From Gemmatimonadota bacterium (lineage in GTDB: Bacteria; Gemmatimonadota; Gemmatimonadetes; Gemmatimonadales; GWC2-71-9), in the NCBI GenBank assembly GCA_031367105.1, contig JANLPG010000030.1:16972-80971 (forward strand): 64,000 bases of DNA, in the 5' to 3' direction. Both the position numbers and the translations under genes were made by a program. Under the pieces are notes generated by a model, which ran no database searches, was not told the DNA's origin, and saw nothing but the letters and a program-made list of their open reading frames with translations. Of the stretch, positions 1 to 9,415 are shown in pieces (within the stretch, counting starts at the first letter, position 1; every line of letters starts with the position of its first letter).

Positions 1-337
1 AGAGCTGGTCCCTGAGCACTGCCAGCTTTCCGCCGTATTCGGGGAGGCGGTGCGACAGCTCCGTCACCGAGGCGCCCAGCATCCCGACCACGATGGCACC
101 GCCCACAAACACCACCAGCAGGGTGATGGTGACGGCAAGCCAGCGCCGCACTCCCTGCCGCATCAGGAGCAGCATCAACGGGCTGAGGACCTGCGCGAGG
201 AGCAGGGCGATGAGGAACGGGGTAAGGGTCGGCGCCACCGCCTTGATCCCGGCGAGAATAATCACCAGGCACGCGGCGGCGATCAGGCCGCGCAAGATCG
301 GCGGAACGGAACGTGGGGTGAGCGACTTAACAGTCAC
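1..337 (-). CDS. AI-2E (PerM/TqsA) family transporter, N-terminal part; runs off window start
   Basis: Hand translation from GTG at 337: MTVKSL...LIAAACLVIILAGIKAVAPTLTPFLIALLLAQVLSPLMLLLMRQGVRRWLAVTITLLVV...LPEYGGKL; typical AI-2E N-terminal TM pattern; not in the ORF track. Confidence 0.75.
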   Translation of the reverse strand, partial: MTVKSLTPRSVPPILRGLIAAACLVIILAGIKAVAPTLTPFLIALLLAQVLSPLMLLLMRQGVRRWLAVTITLLVVFVGGAIVVGMLGASVTELSHRLPEYGGKLAVLRDQL

Positions 338-349
338 GGTGCGCCGACC

Positions 350-2587
350 TCACTCAGTGTAATCATCCAGCTGGTGCAAACCTACCATCACATCGCGCGG
401 CTTGGAACCATTCGGCGGGCCGAGGATTCCAGCGTCGTGCAACTGATCGATGATCCGTGCCGCCCGACCATATCCGATCCCCAGGCGGCGCTGCAGCAGC
501 GACGTCGAGCCCCCTTGATGCTGGATGCAGGTCTCGGCCGCCTGCCGGAAGAGTGCGTCACGATCGCCCGCGACATCCTCGCCACCGGCCGCCTCACCCG
601 TGACCGCACGGACCACTTCGAGAATGTCGGGCTCACCGCCGACCACCGTCGCGGGCACTCCGTCGCGCTGGGCGGCATACCACGCCATCACCCGTTCGGT
701 CTCGTCCGTCGAAATGTAGGCTCCCTGCACCCGTTGTGGCTCGTTGCGACCGGGTGGCAGAAAGAGCATATCGCCGTTGCCGAGCAATGCTTCGGCGCCG
801 TTCTGATCGAGAATGGTGCGCGAGTCGACCTTGCTCGCCACGCGGAACGCAATCCGGCTCGGGAAGTTTGCCTTGATCAGTCCGGTGAGGACATTCACGC
901 TCGGCCGCTGGGTCGCCAGAATGAGGTGGATCCCGATGGCGCGCGCCTTCTGTGCCAGCATCGCCAGGGGAGTCTCCACCTCCGACTGCACCGTCATCAT
1001 CAGGTCGGCGAGTTCGTCGACCAGCAGGACGATCATCGGCAATTCACCCTCGCTGTAGACATCATTCCAGGCGTCGCCCGGTGGGGTATCGGCGGCCTCC
1101 TTCGCGATGCTGCTCAGCGTGGGGCGAGCTGCCGGGGGATTGCGCAGCTCCTTGCCGTCCCGGACCTTGCGATTGAAGTCGGAAAGCTGGCGCGCCCCGT
1201 TGGCGTGCAACAGTTCGTAGCGTCGGTTCATCTCATAGACCGCCCATTTCAGCACGGCAGCGGCATCGTTGTTGTCGGTGACGACCTTGTGCCGGAGGTG
1301 CGGCAGGTCGTTGTACATCGACAACTCGACCATCTTCGGGTCGACCATCAGCAAGCGCAGCTCGCGCGGCGAGTAGCGATAGATCAATGCCGTGATGATC
1401 GTGTTGATGGCGACGGACTTCCCCGAGCCGGTCGCGCCCGCCACGAGCAGGTGGGGCATCTTGGCAAGGTCGGCCACAATCGGCTGGCCCTGCACATCGC
1501 GCCCGAGCACGACCGGCAAGGTGGCCGCCGAGGACTGCCACGCCTCACTCTCCAGCAGTTCGCGTAGCGTCACCATCCGGGGGTGCGGATTCGCGATTTC
1601 TACCCCGACGGCGCCGCGACCGGGGATCGGCGCCACACGCAGGGAGGATGCCCGCATCGTGATCGCGAGGTCATCGGCGAGTGCCACGATCCGTCCCGCC
1701 TTGACGCCCGATGCCGGCACGACCTCGAACTGCGACACGGTGGGTCCCGAGGTGATTCCTGCCAGCGTCCCTTCGACCTTGAAGGTCTTGAGCGTCGCGA
1801 GGAGCAATTCGCCCAGACGATGCAGTTCGGCGTCGTCCGCTTCGTCGTGGCTGTGGCGGGGCAAGTCGAGCAGCTCGAGCGGTGGCAACGTCTCGTCACC
1901 CGTGCGGCGGGTCGAAGGACCATCTTCGAGTTCCAGTTGCTTCGACCTCGCCGCCTTGTCGCGTCTCGGTTTCGGGGCGAAGAGTTCCGCCTGTACCGTC
2001 TCGCGCAGGTCGGGGGGGAGATCCGACGCGACGAGCGCCGCCGGCTGAGGGCGCCGGATCGGCGGCGCCGAGCGGATCGGGATCGATGGCGCCGTCGCCG
2101 TCTCCGCGCGCTCGAGTCGCTGGAGTGGATGCCACGCCAGAGTGCCCAGGGTCACTGCCGTGAGGGCGACGAAGCCGGCGAGTAGCCCGCCGGCGACCCC
2201 GATGGCATCCAGCGCGGCACGCGCCAGGAACCCCGGGATATATCCGGTGAGTCGCCCCGCCCAGCTCCACTCCCCCACCAGGTCGACGGAGGCATCGATC
2301 CGGAACAAAATGCCGAGGACATAGGGAATCAGCACGGCGCTGCCGATCGTGAGGATTGCTGCACGCTTCATATCGAGTCGCGGGAGGCGATCCAGGCCAG
2401 CGAGTCCGAGTAGCAGCCCCAGCAGTGGCGCCCCGAGCGCGCCGAGTCCGAGAGCCCGCCAGAGGGCGGGCCCGAGTGACTGCCCGAGCGGTCCGGTGAC
2501 GTTGACTGGCAACAGGGTGAGCGTGAGGAACGCCCCGGCGACCAGCGCCACGACGGCGCCGAGCCTGCGACGGTCGTCGCTACTCAC
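350..2587 (-). CDS. ftsK: DNA translocase FtsK/SpoIIIE
   Basis: N-terminal TM helices, MPHLLVAGATGSGKS Walker A, LVDELADLM Walker B, ATQRPSV motif, C-terminal gamma domain (SLLQRRLGIGYGRAARIID). Confidence 0.97.
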   Translation of the reverse strand: MSSDDRRRLGAVVALVAGAFLTLTLLPVNVTGPLGQSLGPALWRALGLGALGAPLLGLLLGLAGLDRLPRLDMKRAAILTIGSAVLIPYVLGILFRIDASVDLVGEWSWAGRLTGYIPGFLARAALDAIGVAGGLLAGFVALTAVTLGTLAWHPLQRLERAETATAPSIPIRSAPPIRRPQPAALVASDLPPDLRETVQAELFAPKPRRDKAARSKQLELEDGPSTRRTGDETLPPLELLDLPRHSHDEADDAELHRLGELLLATLKTFKVEGTLAGITSGPTVSQFEVVPASGVKAGRIVALADDLAITMRASSLRVAPIPGRGAVGVEIANPHPRMVTLRELLESEAWQSSAATLPVVLGRDVQGQPIVADLAKMPHLLVAGATGSGKSVAINTIITALIYRYSPRELRLLMVDPKMVELSMYNDLPHLRHKVVTDNNDAAAVLKWAVYEMNRRYELLHANGARQLSDFNRKVRDGKELRNPPAARPTLSSIAKEAADTPPGDAWNDVYSEGELPMIVLLVDELADLMMTVQSEVETPLAMLAQKARAIGIHLILATQRPSVNVLTGLIKANFPSRIAFRVASKVDSRTILDQNGAEALLGNGDMLFLPPGRNEPQRVQGAYISTDETERVMAWYAAQRDGVPATVVGGEPDILEVVRAVTGEAAGGEDVAGDRDALFRQAAETCIQHQGGSTSLLQRRLGIGYGRAARIIDQLHDAGILGPPNGSKPRDVMVGLHQLDDYTE

Positions 2588-3336
2588 GCGCGCCCCCGCC
2601 CGACGTCGGGCAGGGTGATCCGCCGGTCGTGGTAGCGCGGGACCACCGGGTGTGCGTCAACCCGCGCCGCGGCGCTGACATCGCCCTGGAGCCCGAGTGC
2701 CGCCAGATCACGCCCCGCGTGGGAGAGGGCGAGGACCCGCTCGATGCCGTCGCCGTAGCGACGGACCAGGTCGATGGCCACCAGCGCCGCGTCGTTGAGA
2801 CCGGCGCGCGTCGGGCGCCCACCGAGGGCACCGATTGCAAGTCGTCCGGCGAGGTAGGCATCGTCCATTCCGAATCCCTGATCACGCCCGGCGCAGAGGA
2901 TCAGCAGTTCCCCGTCTGCCGCCAGCGCGGCAGCAGCCGACGCACTGGCTGACGAGAGATTCACCGCCGAGGCGATCATCACTTCGCGCGCGCCTGCCGT
3001 GGCCAGCAACGCCTTGGTGCCGTTCGTGGTGGTCATCACCAAGGTCTTTCCCGCCACAGCTTCGGCGGTCATCTCCTCGGGAGAGTTGCCAAGCTGGAAG
3101 CCGGGAATCGGCAGGGAATGTCGTTCGCCGGCGAGGAGCACATCCCGCGTGTCGAGGGTATGCGCCAACCGGGTGGCGTCTTCGATATCGGCCGCCACCA
3201 CGACCGCCCGGGCACCGTGATGCATTGCGGCGCAGATCGTGGTAGTGGCCCGGAGCACATCGACCACCAGGACCGTCCGGCCGGCCACGTCGCCCGGGGC
3301 GAGCCCGAGTGGCGTGAACACGACGTCAAGCTTCAT
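2584..3336 (-). CDS. comB: 2-phosphosulfolactate phosphatase (ComB) family protein
   Basis: [29 protein letters not shown] and LCAG motifs of the ComB family. Confidence 0.9.
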   Translation of the reverse strand: MKLDVVFTPLGLAPGDVAGRTVLVVDVLRATTTICAAMHHGARAVVVAADIEDATRLAHTLDTRDVLLAGERHSLPIPGFQLGNSPEEMTAEAVAGKTLVMTTTNGTKALLATAGAREVMIASAVNLSSASASAAAALAADGELLILCAGRDQGFGMDDAYLAGRLAIGALGGRPTRAGLNDAALVAIDLVRRYGDGIERVLALSHAGRDLAALGLQGDVSAAARVDAHPVVPRYHDRRITLPDVGRGRA

Positions 3337-4718
3337 CCGTCGCCGCGCTCGGGGCGGACCGCGTCGAACTGTTCCGGCTTGAGCAGGTGCGACTCCCGTT
3401 CGAGGAACTTTGTGTCGACAGTGCCCGCTACGAAGTCAGGGTGGCGAATCACCCGGGCGAGAAAGGGAATTGTCGTCGTGATGCCCTCGAGGATGAATGA
3501 GTCCAGTGCCTGCGCCAACCGTGCCAGTGCCTCAGCGCGATCACGGCCGTGGGCGATCAGCTTTGCCAGGAGCGAGTCGTAGTAGGGCGGCACCGTATAC
3601 CCGGCGTAGACGTGCGTGTCGACGCGGATCCCCGGCCCTCCCGGCGGATGATAGGCCGTGATCAGGCCGGGACACGGCTGAAAGTTGCGATAGGGGTCCT
3701 CCGCGTTGATGCGGACCTCGATCGCGTGCCCCGACATCGGCGTCTCGCCGAACGAGAGCGGGGCGCCCGACGCAACCCGGATCTGTTCCTTTACCAGGTC
3801 CTGTCCCGTGACCATCTCCGTCACCGGATGCTCAACCTGAATCCGCGTGTTCATTTCCATGAAGTAGAACTTGCCATCCTCGTCCAGCAGAAACTCGATG
3901 GTGCCCGCGCCGCTGTATCCGATCGCCGAGGCCAGTGCCACGGCGGCGTTTCCCATCTCGGCGCGCAGCTCCGGCGTCAGTGCGGGAGATGGAGCCTCCT
4001 CGATCAGCTTCTGGTGGCGTCGTTGGACCGAACAATCCCGTTCGCCCAGATGGATCACGGTGCCGTGCTGATCTCCCATCACCTGAATTTCGACGTGCCG
4101 GGGGCGCGCCAGAAACTTCTCGATGTAGACGTCGCCATTGCCGAAGGCGGAGAGCGCTTCGTTTTGTGCCAGCGAGAAGAGCTGGGCGAACTGCTCGGAA
4201 TCATTGGCGATCCGCATCCCCTTGCCGCCGCCGCCCGCGGTAGCCTTGATGATCACCGGAAATCCGATCTCCTCGGCGACCAGCAGCCCTTCGTCGGCAT
4301 CGCGCATCACTCCGGGTGAGCCGGGAACGGTGGGCACCCCGGCTTCCTTCGCGAGTCGGCGCGCCGAGGCCTTGTCGCCCATCGCGCGGATCTGGTCGCC
4401 GGTCGGTCCGATGAAGACAATGTTCGATGCCTTGCAGGTATCGGCGAACTCGGCGTTCTCGGCCAGAAAACCATATCCGGGATGAATCGCATCAGCCCCG
4501 GTCACCTCGGCGGCGGCGATCAGATTCGGGATCCGGAGGTACGAGAGCCGCCCTTGCGGCGGCCCGATGCAGACATCGTCGTCGGCGAAGCGGACGTGGA
4601 GCGATTCTCGGTCGGCCTCGCTGTAGACGGCCACGGTCTTCACTCCGAGTTCGTGACAGGCGCGAATGACGCGGAGCGCAATCTCTCCGCGATTGGCGAT
4701 CATCACTTTACGAAACAT
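3333..4718 (-). CDS. accC: Acetyl-CoA carboxylase biotin carboxylase subunit
   Basis: [59 protein letters not shown]. Confidence 0.98.
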   Translation of the reverse strand: MFRKVMIANRGEIALRVIRACHELGVKTVAVYSEADRESLHVRFADDDVCIGPPQGRLSYLRIPNLIAAAEVTGADAIHPGYGFLAENAEFADTCKASNIVFIGPTGDQIRAMGDKASARRLAKEAGVPTVPGSPGVMRDADEGLLVAEEIGFPVIIKATAGGGGKGMRIANDSEQFAQLFSLAQNEALSAFGNGDVYIEKFLARPRHVEIQVMGDQHGTVIHLGERDCSVQRRHQKLIEEAPSPALTPELRAEMGNAAVALASAIGYSGAGTIEFLLDEDGKFYFMEMNTRIQVEHPVTEMVTGQDLVKEQIRVASGAPLSFGETPMSGHAIEVRINAEDPYRNFQPCPGLITAYHPPGGPGIRVDTHVYAGYTVPPYYDSLLAKLIAHGRDRAEALARLAQALDSFILEGITTTIPFLARVIRHPDFVAGTVDTKFLERESHLLKPEQFDAVRPERGDG

Positions 4719-5896
4719 CAGCTTGGACTCGCGCCGGGAAGTTCGAAGGTGCGATCGGAGGAGGCGTTTACACCGGAGACTCGCAAGGCGAATTCGCTCG
4801 GGTGGGTCGCGTTGAACACGGCCTCGTCATAGGTGATCACTCCATCCTGGAACCAGCGCATCAGCGACTGGTCGAAGGACTGCATCCCGTAGGTCACGCC
4901 GCCCTGGGCGATCAGGTCAGGAATATTCAGCGCCTTCTGCGTATCGCGGATGTTATCCGCGACTGCCGCCGTGTTGATCAGCACCTCCGCGGCGGGGATC
5001 CGTCCCTTGCCGTCGGCACGGGGCACCAGACGCAGCGACACGACCGCAGCCAGCGCGGTCGAGAGCAGCATCCGGATCTCGCTGTGCTGGTGCGGCGGAT
5101 AGAACGACAGGACGCGCGAAATGGTCTGGGTTGCGTCGGTCGTGTGGATGGTCGTCAGTACCAAATGGCCAGTGTCGGCCGCTTTCAGTGCCGTGTCCAT
5201 CGTCTCCATATCGCGGATTTCGCCGATGAGGATCACGTCCGGATCCTGGCGGAGCACGTGTCGGAGTGCACCGCCGAACGAGAGCGTGTCACTGCCCACC
5301 TCGCGTTGCGACACGTTTGCCAGCTGGTCACGATGGAGAAATTCGATCGGATCCTCGATCGTGATGATGTTGACGCGTCGCAGTCGATTCACGTGATCAA
5401 TCATCGCCGCCAGCGCCGTCGACTTGCCGGAGCCGGTGATTCCCGTGACCAGCACCAGGCCGCGCGGCCGAAGCGCAATCTCTTCCAGGACGGGGGGAAG
5501 CAGCAGATCGCGAATGTTGCGGACTTCGTACGGGATGGCGCGGAGCGCGAAGGACATCGTGCCGCGTTGCAGGAAGACGTTCGTGCGGAAACGCCCAATC
5601 CCCGGGACACCGATCCCGAAGTCGGCCTCCTTCAGTTCGGTAAAATCACGCAGCTGCCGCGGCGTCATCAGCGACTCGGCCAGCGACTTCAGTTCCTCGG
5701 GCCGCAGCGGTGGCATCGGGAGGAGCAGCAGCGCGCCGTTGACGCGCACGGTCGGGGGCCGGCCGGCCTTGAGCAACAGGTCGGACGCCCCGCGCTGCAC
5801 CATCTGCACGATGGCCTGTCGGAACTGGAAGCCCGCCGCGGTCGCCTCACCGCTGACGACGTCCGGATTCGCTGGTTCCGTCGAATCCTCAACCAT
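4718..5896 (-). CDS. pilT: Type IV pilus retraction ATPase, PilT/PilU family
   Basis: [81 protein letters not shown]; start set at ATG 5896 overlapping the accB stop. Confidence 0.92.
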   Translation of the reverse strand: MVEDSTEPANPDVVSGEATAAGFQFRQAIVQMVQRGASDLLLKAGRPPTVRVNGALLLLPMPPLRPEELKSLAESLMTPRQLRDFTELKEADFGIGVPGIGRFRTNVFLQRGTMSFALRAIPYEVRNIRDLLLPPVLEEIALRPRGLVLVTGITGSGKSTALAAMIDHVNRLRRVNIITIEDPIEFLHRDQLANVSQREVGSDTLSFGGALRHVLRQDPDVILIGEIRDMETMDTALKAADTGHLVLTTIHTTDATQTISRVLSFYPPHQHSEIRMLLSTALAAVVSLRLVPRADGKGRIPAAEVLINTAAVADNIRDTQKALNIPDLIAQGGVTYGMQSFDQSLMRWFQDGVITYDEAVFNATHPSEFALRVSGVNASSDRTFELPGASPS

Positions 5897-6425
5897 TCGG
5901 GTCGACGCGGAAGAGCACCTGCCCGTATTCAATCGGCGACGAGTCGTCGACGCAGACCTCGCGCACGATGCCACCCACCTCCGCCTCGATTTCGTTCATG
6001 ATCTTCATCGCTTCGATGATGCAGACCGTCTGGCCCGGCGAGACCCGCGCGCCGACGCGCACATACGGCTCGGCACCAGGTTCGGGTTGGGAGTAGAAGG
6101 TACCGACCATCGGCGACCGGATCTCCTTGAGTGTCACCGCCGGTGCCGACGCAGCGGAGTCGGCGACCGTCCCCTGGCCTGCCGACGGGGGAGGCAGCAG
6201 CAGCGGCGCCAGTCCGGCCGGTCCGGCGATCATCGCCGGCGCGCCGAGACTGGTCCGCGTGATCACGACACCGGTGCCAAACAGGCCCTTGAGTTCAATG
6301 GAGCCGATCTCGGGTTGCTCGCGCAGTAATTGGGCGAGGCGGCGGACGTCCTTGAAGTCGATTCCCTTGGAGCCGGGCATCTGTTCCATCGCGCGGGCAA
6401 GCTCCTGCATTTCGTCGGGATTCAT
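5889..6425 (-). CDS. accB: Acetyl-CoA carboxylase biotin carboxyl carrier protein
   Basis: SPMVGTFY and IIEAMKIMNEIEAE biotinylation motif. Confidence 0.96.
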   Translation of the reverse strand: MNPDEMQELARAMEQMPGSKGIDFKDVRRLAQLLREQPEIGSIELKGLFGTGVVITRTSLGAPAMIAGPAGLAPLLLPPPSAGQGTVADSAASAPAVTLKEIRSPMVGTFYSQPEPGAEPYVRVGARVSPGQTVCIIEAMKIMNEIEAEVGGIVREVCVDDSSPIEYGQVLFRVDPNG

Positions 6426-6982
6426 ACGCGAGTCAGGTACTTGTCTTCACGCCGATCGACGCGAATCAGGGTACCCGGTTCGATGAAGAGCGGAACCTGC
6501 ACCACTGCACCGGTTTCAAGCTTGGCGGCCTTGGTCCCACCCGTGGCTGTATCGCCCCGGATCCCGGGGTCGGTCTCCACGATCGCCAATTCCACAAAGT
6601 TCGGCAGTTCGAGCACGATCACCTGCTCCTCGTGCACCAGCCCGGTGCACTCCATCCCTTCCTTCAGGTACTTCATCTGGTCGGCTCCGATCAGGGCGGC
6701 CGTCAACGGGATGTCGTCAAAACTCTGCAGGTCCATAAAATGAAAGTTCTCGCCATCCCGGTACGAGTAGGTCATCGGCCGATGCGTGAGCTCGACCGAT
6801 TCGAAGCGCTCCCCGGATGGAAAGGTCCGCTCCAGGACCGCACCAGTCCGTACGTTCCGCATCTTGGTGCGGACGAACGCACTCCCCTTCCCCGGCTTGA
6901 CGTGCTGGAAGTAGGTGATTTGCATCAACTTGCCGTCCAGGTTGAGTACCAGCCCATTCCGGATGTCTGCCGTAGTCGCCAC
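6422..6982 (-). CDS. efp: Elongation factor P
   Basis: HVKPGKGSAFVRTK loop, PGIRGDTATGGTK, LETGAVVQVPLFI. Confidence 0.98.
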   Translation of the reverse strand: MATTADIRNGLVLNLDGKLMQITYFQHVKPGKGSAFVRTKMRNVRTGAVLERTFPSGERFESVELTHRPMTYSYRDGENFHFMDLQSFDDIPLTAALIGADQMKYLKEGMECTGLVHEEQVIVLELPNFVELAIVETDPGIRGDTATGGTKAAKLETGAVVQVPLFIEPGTLIRVDRREDKYLTRV

Positions 6983-6994
6983 GACTGCTCCTGC

Positions 6995-8083
6995 TTAACT
7001 GTCGAGTTCGATGAGTTCAGTGCGCCCGTCGGTGAGGAGGACGGGACCGCTGGCGGAGAGCCAGACGTCGTCCTCGAGCCGCACCCCACCCCACCCCGGA
7101 AGATAGATCCCCGGCTCCACTGTCACCACCGCACCGACTGGGAGCGGGGCCTCGGCCGTTGGTGCAAGCCGTGGCGCTTCATGGACTTCCAGCCCCAGCC
7201 CGTGGCCCAGGGAGTGCCCGAACGCCTCGCCGTATCCGCGCGCGGCAATGACCTCACGGGCTAGTGCATCCGCCTCGCTGCCGGTCATTCCGGCCCGGAC
7301 CCCCTCCCGGGCGCGCTGCTGGGCTTCTTCCACCAATTCGTACACCGTGCGCTGACGTTCGTCGGCGCTCGCCCCGACCACGACTGTACGGGTAATATCG
7401 GCGCAATAGCCGTCGAGTTGCGCCCCGAAGTCGATCAGCAGGAATTCTCCCCGCTCGATGGCTCGCTCGGAGGTGCCCGCGTGCGGCAGCGCGGCGCGTG
7501 GACCGGAAGCCACGATCGTCGGGAAGGGGTGCCACTCGCTCCCGCGGCGTCGGAGCGCAGCCTCGAGTCGCGCAGCGATATCCAACTCCCGATCGCCGAC
7601 GCGCACCGTGGGAAGCACCTCGGCAAGGGCATCGAGGGCCAGTGCCCCCGCCGCACGGATCGAGGCGACCTCGCCCGCGTCCTTGACTTGCCGAAGGCGC
7701 TCCACCGAGTCGGCGATCGGGACGACCCGCGCAACCGTCGCGGCACTCACCCGCTCTGCCTCCCGGATGGTCATCACGGTGGCCTCAACCCCCAGCGTGG
7801 CGGGCGCCTCATTGGCGAGCACCCGGGAGAGGCGGTCCCAGACACTGCGACGGTCGATCACCACCTCCGCCGCCGATCCAGCTTCCTGCGGGGCCTGCGT
7901 CGCATAGCGGAAGTCGGTGATCAGGGTGAGCGCCTTTTGCGACACCACCAGCAGCGCCGCGGAGCCGCTGAAGCCGGTGAGCCACCGGATGTTGGGCAGG
8001 TGGGTGACCAGCAGCGCGTCGATTCCTTCCAGCTCCAGGAACGCTCGCAATGCCCCGGCGCGTACCGGACGACTGTCAGTCAT
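6995..8083 (-). CDS. Xaa-Pro peptidase, M24B family
   Basis: Creatinase-N domain, DFGA..DGYCADITRT, HSLGHGLGLEVHE, TVEPGIY..G.GGVRLEDD; start at ATG 8083 overlapping the aroQ stop. Confidence 0.93.
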   Translation of the reverse strand: MTDSRPVRAGALRAFLELEGIDALLVTHLPNIRWLTGFSGSAALLVVSQKALTLITDFRYATQAPQEAGSAAEVVIDRRSVWDRLSRVLANEAPATLGVEATVMTIREAERVSAATVARVVPIADSVERLRQVKDAGEVASIRAAGALALDALAEVLPTVRVGDRELDIAARLEAALRRRGSEWHPFPTIVASGPRAALPHAGTSERAIERGEFLLIDFGAQLDGYCADITRTVVVGASADERQRTVYELVEEAQQRAREGVRAGMTGSEADALAREVIAARGYGEAFGHSLGHGLGLEVHEAPRLAPTAEAPLPVGAVVTVEPGIYLPGWGGVRLEDDVWLSASGPVLLTDGRTELIELDS

Positions 8084-8516
8084 TCCGTAGCGTTGCCACG
8101 AGGGCATCGAGCGCGAGGAGGTAGCCGCGCGCGCCGAAGCCCGCGATGACGCCCAAGGCGAGGTCCGCTGTCATCGAGTGATGCCGAAACGCTTCGCGCT
8201 GGAAGAGATTGGAAAGATGGACCTCGACAAACGGTACCGGTGCAGCCAGAAAGGCGTCGCGTATTGCTACCGAAGTATGCGTGTAGCCGCCAAGGTTGAC
8301 GATCGCCCCGTCGGCGCGCTGGCGCAGCTGCTGCACGGCGTCGACCAGCTCTCCTTCCTGATTCGATTGCAACCACTCGATGCGAACACCGAGCTCCGCT
8401 GCGCGCTGGCGTACCAATGCCTCAACCTGAGCGAGCGTGGTCGCGCCGTAGACGGCAGGCTCGCGGCTTCCGAGCAAGTTGAGGTTTGGGCCATTGATGA
8501 CCAGCACCCGGGTCAT
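8076..8516 (-). CDS. aroQ: Type II 3-dehydroquinate dehydratase
   Basis: INGPNLNLLGSREP.VYG, QSNQEG, THTSVAIRDA, EVHLSN...REAFRH; start at ATG 8516. Confidence 0.96.
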   Translation of the reverse strand: MTRVLVINGPNLNLLGSREPAVYGATTLAQVEALVRQRAAELGVRIEWLQSNQEGELVDAVQQLRQRADGAIVNLGGYTHTSVAIRDAFLAAPVPFVEVHLSNLFQREAFRHHSMTADLALGVIAGFGARGYLLALDALVATLRND

Positions 8517-9256
8517 CGATCGAGCCCCTTGAGCCAGTGCTGGAAGGTCTCGAAATCGGCGAGCTGATCGGCCGGGGGCGGCGCCGGACTGGTCTGATAG
8601 AATGCGTCGTAGGCAGTGCCCGAGCCGGTGGCTGGCGGAGCGACCGCGGCCACCTCGGCCAGCCATTCCCGGAGGGGACGCCCTCCGCTCAGCGCAGCAT
8701 CGTAGGGTCGCGGGCGGCGACTTTGGACTTCGGCCGCGATGCTGTCTCGTCGTGCCCGGAGTTCGGCATTGGCCGGATCACGGCTGACCAGGGCGCTGTA
8801 TACCTCAGCTGCGCGATCGAGATGCCCCTGCCGATGGTAGAGGCCCGCCAGCGATTCGGTCAGCAGCGGCTCCGCCAGCCCCGCGGCAGGGTCGTCGTCG
8901 GTGAACAGCAATTCGTCGGATTCCTCCCCGGTCCGTGCCGCTCCCGAATCTGGGCGCGCCTCGAACTGCCACAACGCCCGGAGCACGCCTGGATGGTCCG
9001 GGTCGGTCGCGAGGGCGACCCGGAGCGCCGCTTCTGCCTCCCGCGGCTCACCCTGATCCAGGAGAATCCGGGACAGTACCACCAAGCACGGGAGGTCGGC
9101 GGGCCGACGGCCCAGCCCCTCCCGAGCCACGGCCGCCGCCTCAGCGTAGGCGCCCCGCTTCCGCAGCCCCTCCGCCAACGCGGCGCAGGCGGCCGGGACG
9201 GGTTCCTCCCGCCAACGTCGGGCAAGCTCGTCAAGGGAGGAGAAGGATTCAGGCAT
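8513..9256 (-). CDS. Tetratricopeptide repeat protein
   Basis: Helical repeats (LAEGLRKRGAYAEAAAV; LTESLAGLYHRQGHLDRAAEVY) separated by an acidic linker; C-terminal FQHWLKGL. Confidence 0.75.
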   Translation of the reverse strand: MPESFSSLDELARRWREEPVPAACAALAEGLRKRGAYAEAAAVAREGLGRRPADLPCLVVLSRILLDQGEPREAEAALRVALATDPDHPGVLRALWQFEARPDSGAARTGEESDELLFTDDDPAAGLAEPLLTESLAGLYHRQGHLDRAAEVYSALVSRDPANAELRARRDSIAAEVQSRRPRPYDAALSGGRPLREWLAEVAAVAPPATGSGTAYDAFYQTSPAPPPADQLADFETFQHWLKGLDR

Positions 9257-9290
9257 AGGCTCTGCGAGTGGCCGTGGGGATGGGATCGCA

Positions 9291-9320
9291 AGACTACCCC
9301 CCGCCGAGCCCCGGTGTCAA
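9291..9320 (-). promoter_or_regulatory. Putative sigma70 promoter for the TPR-aroQ-efp-accB-pilT-accC-ftsK operon
   Basis: Minus strand TTGACA-N18-TAGTCT, with the -10 box about 35 nt upstream of ATG 9256. Confidence 0.6.
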
Positions 9321-9343
9321 CCATCCCGAAGTGGGTCCGCGCC

Positions 9344-9372
9344 TTGAGGTTCGGACTCTGGAGGCCTAGGTT
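9344..9372 (+). promoter_or_regulatory. Putative sigma70 promoter for the ppiD-like gene
   Basis: TTGAGG-N17-TAGGTT upstream of ATG 9416, divergent from the 9291-9320 promoter. Confidence 0.45.
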
Positions 9373-9415
9373 TGCGGGCTATGTCTCACCCAGTCTGGAG
9401 CCGGTCGAACCGCCT

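Noticed and set aside
50-1567. 505-aa plus-strand ORF and similar long antisense ORFs (33811-35838, 51911-54445, 16518-18047, 58303-59571)
   Set aside because: Shadow frames opposite well-conserved genes, expected at high GC; no recognisable motifs
8537-9415. 293-aa N-terminal extension of the ppiD-like ORF
   Set aside because: Antisense to the TPR gene; the family-typical start is MMQAFR at 9416, with a promoter candidate just upstream
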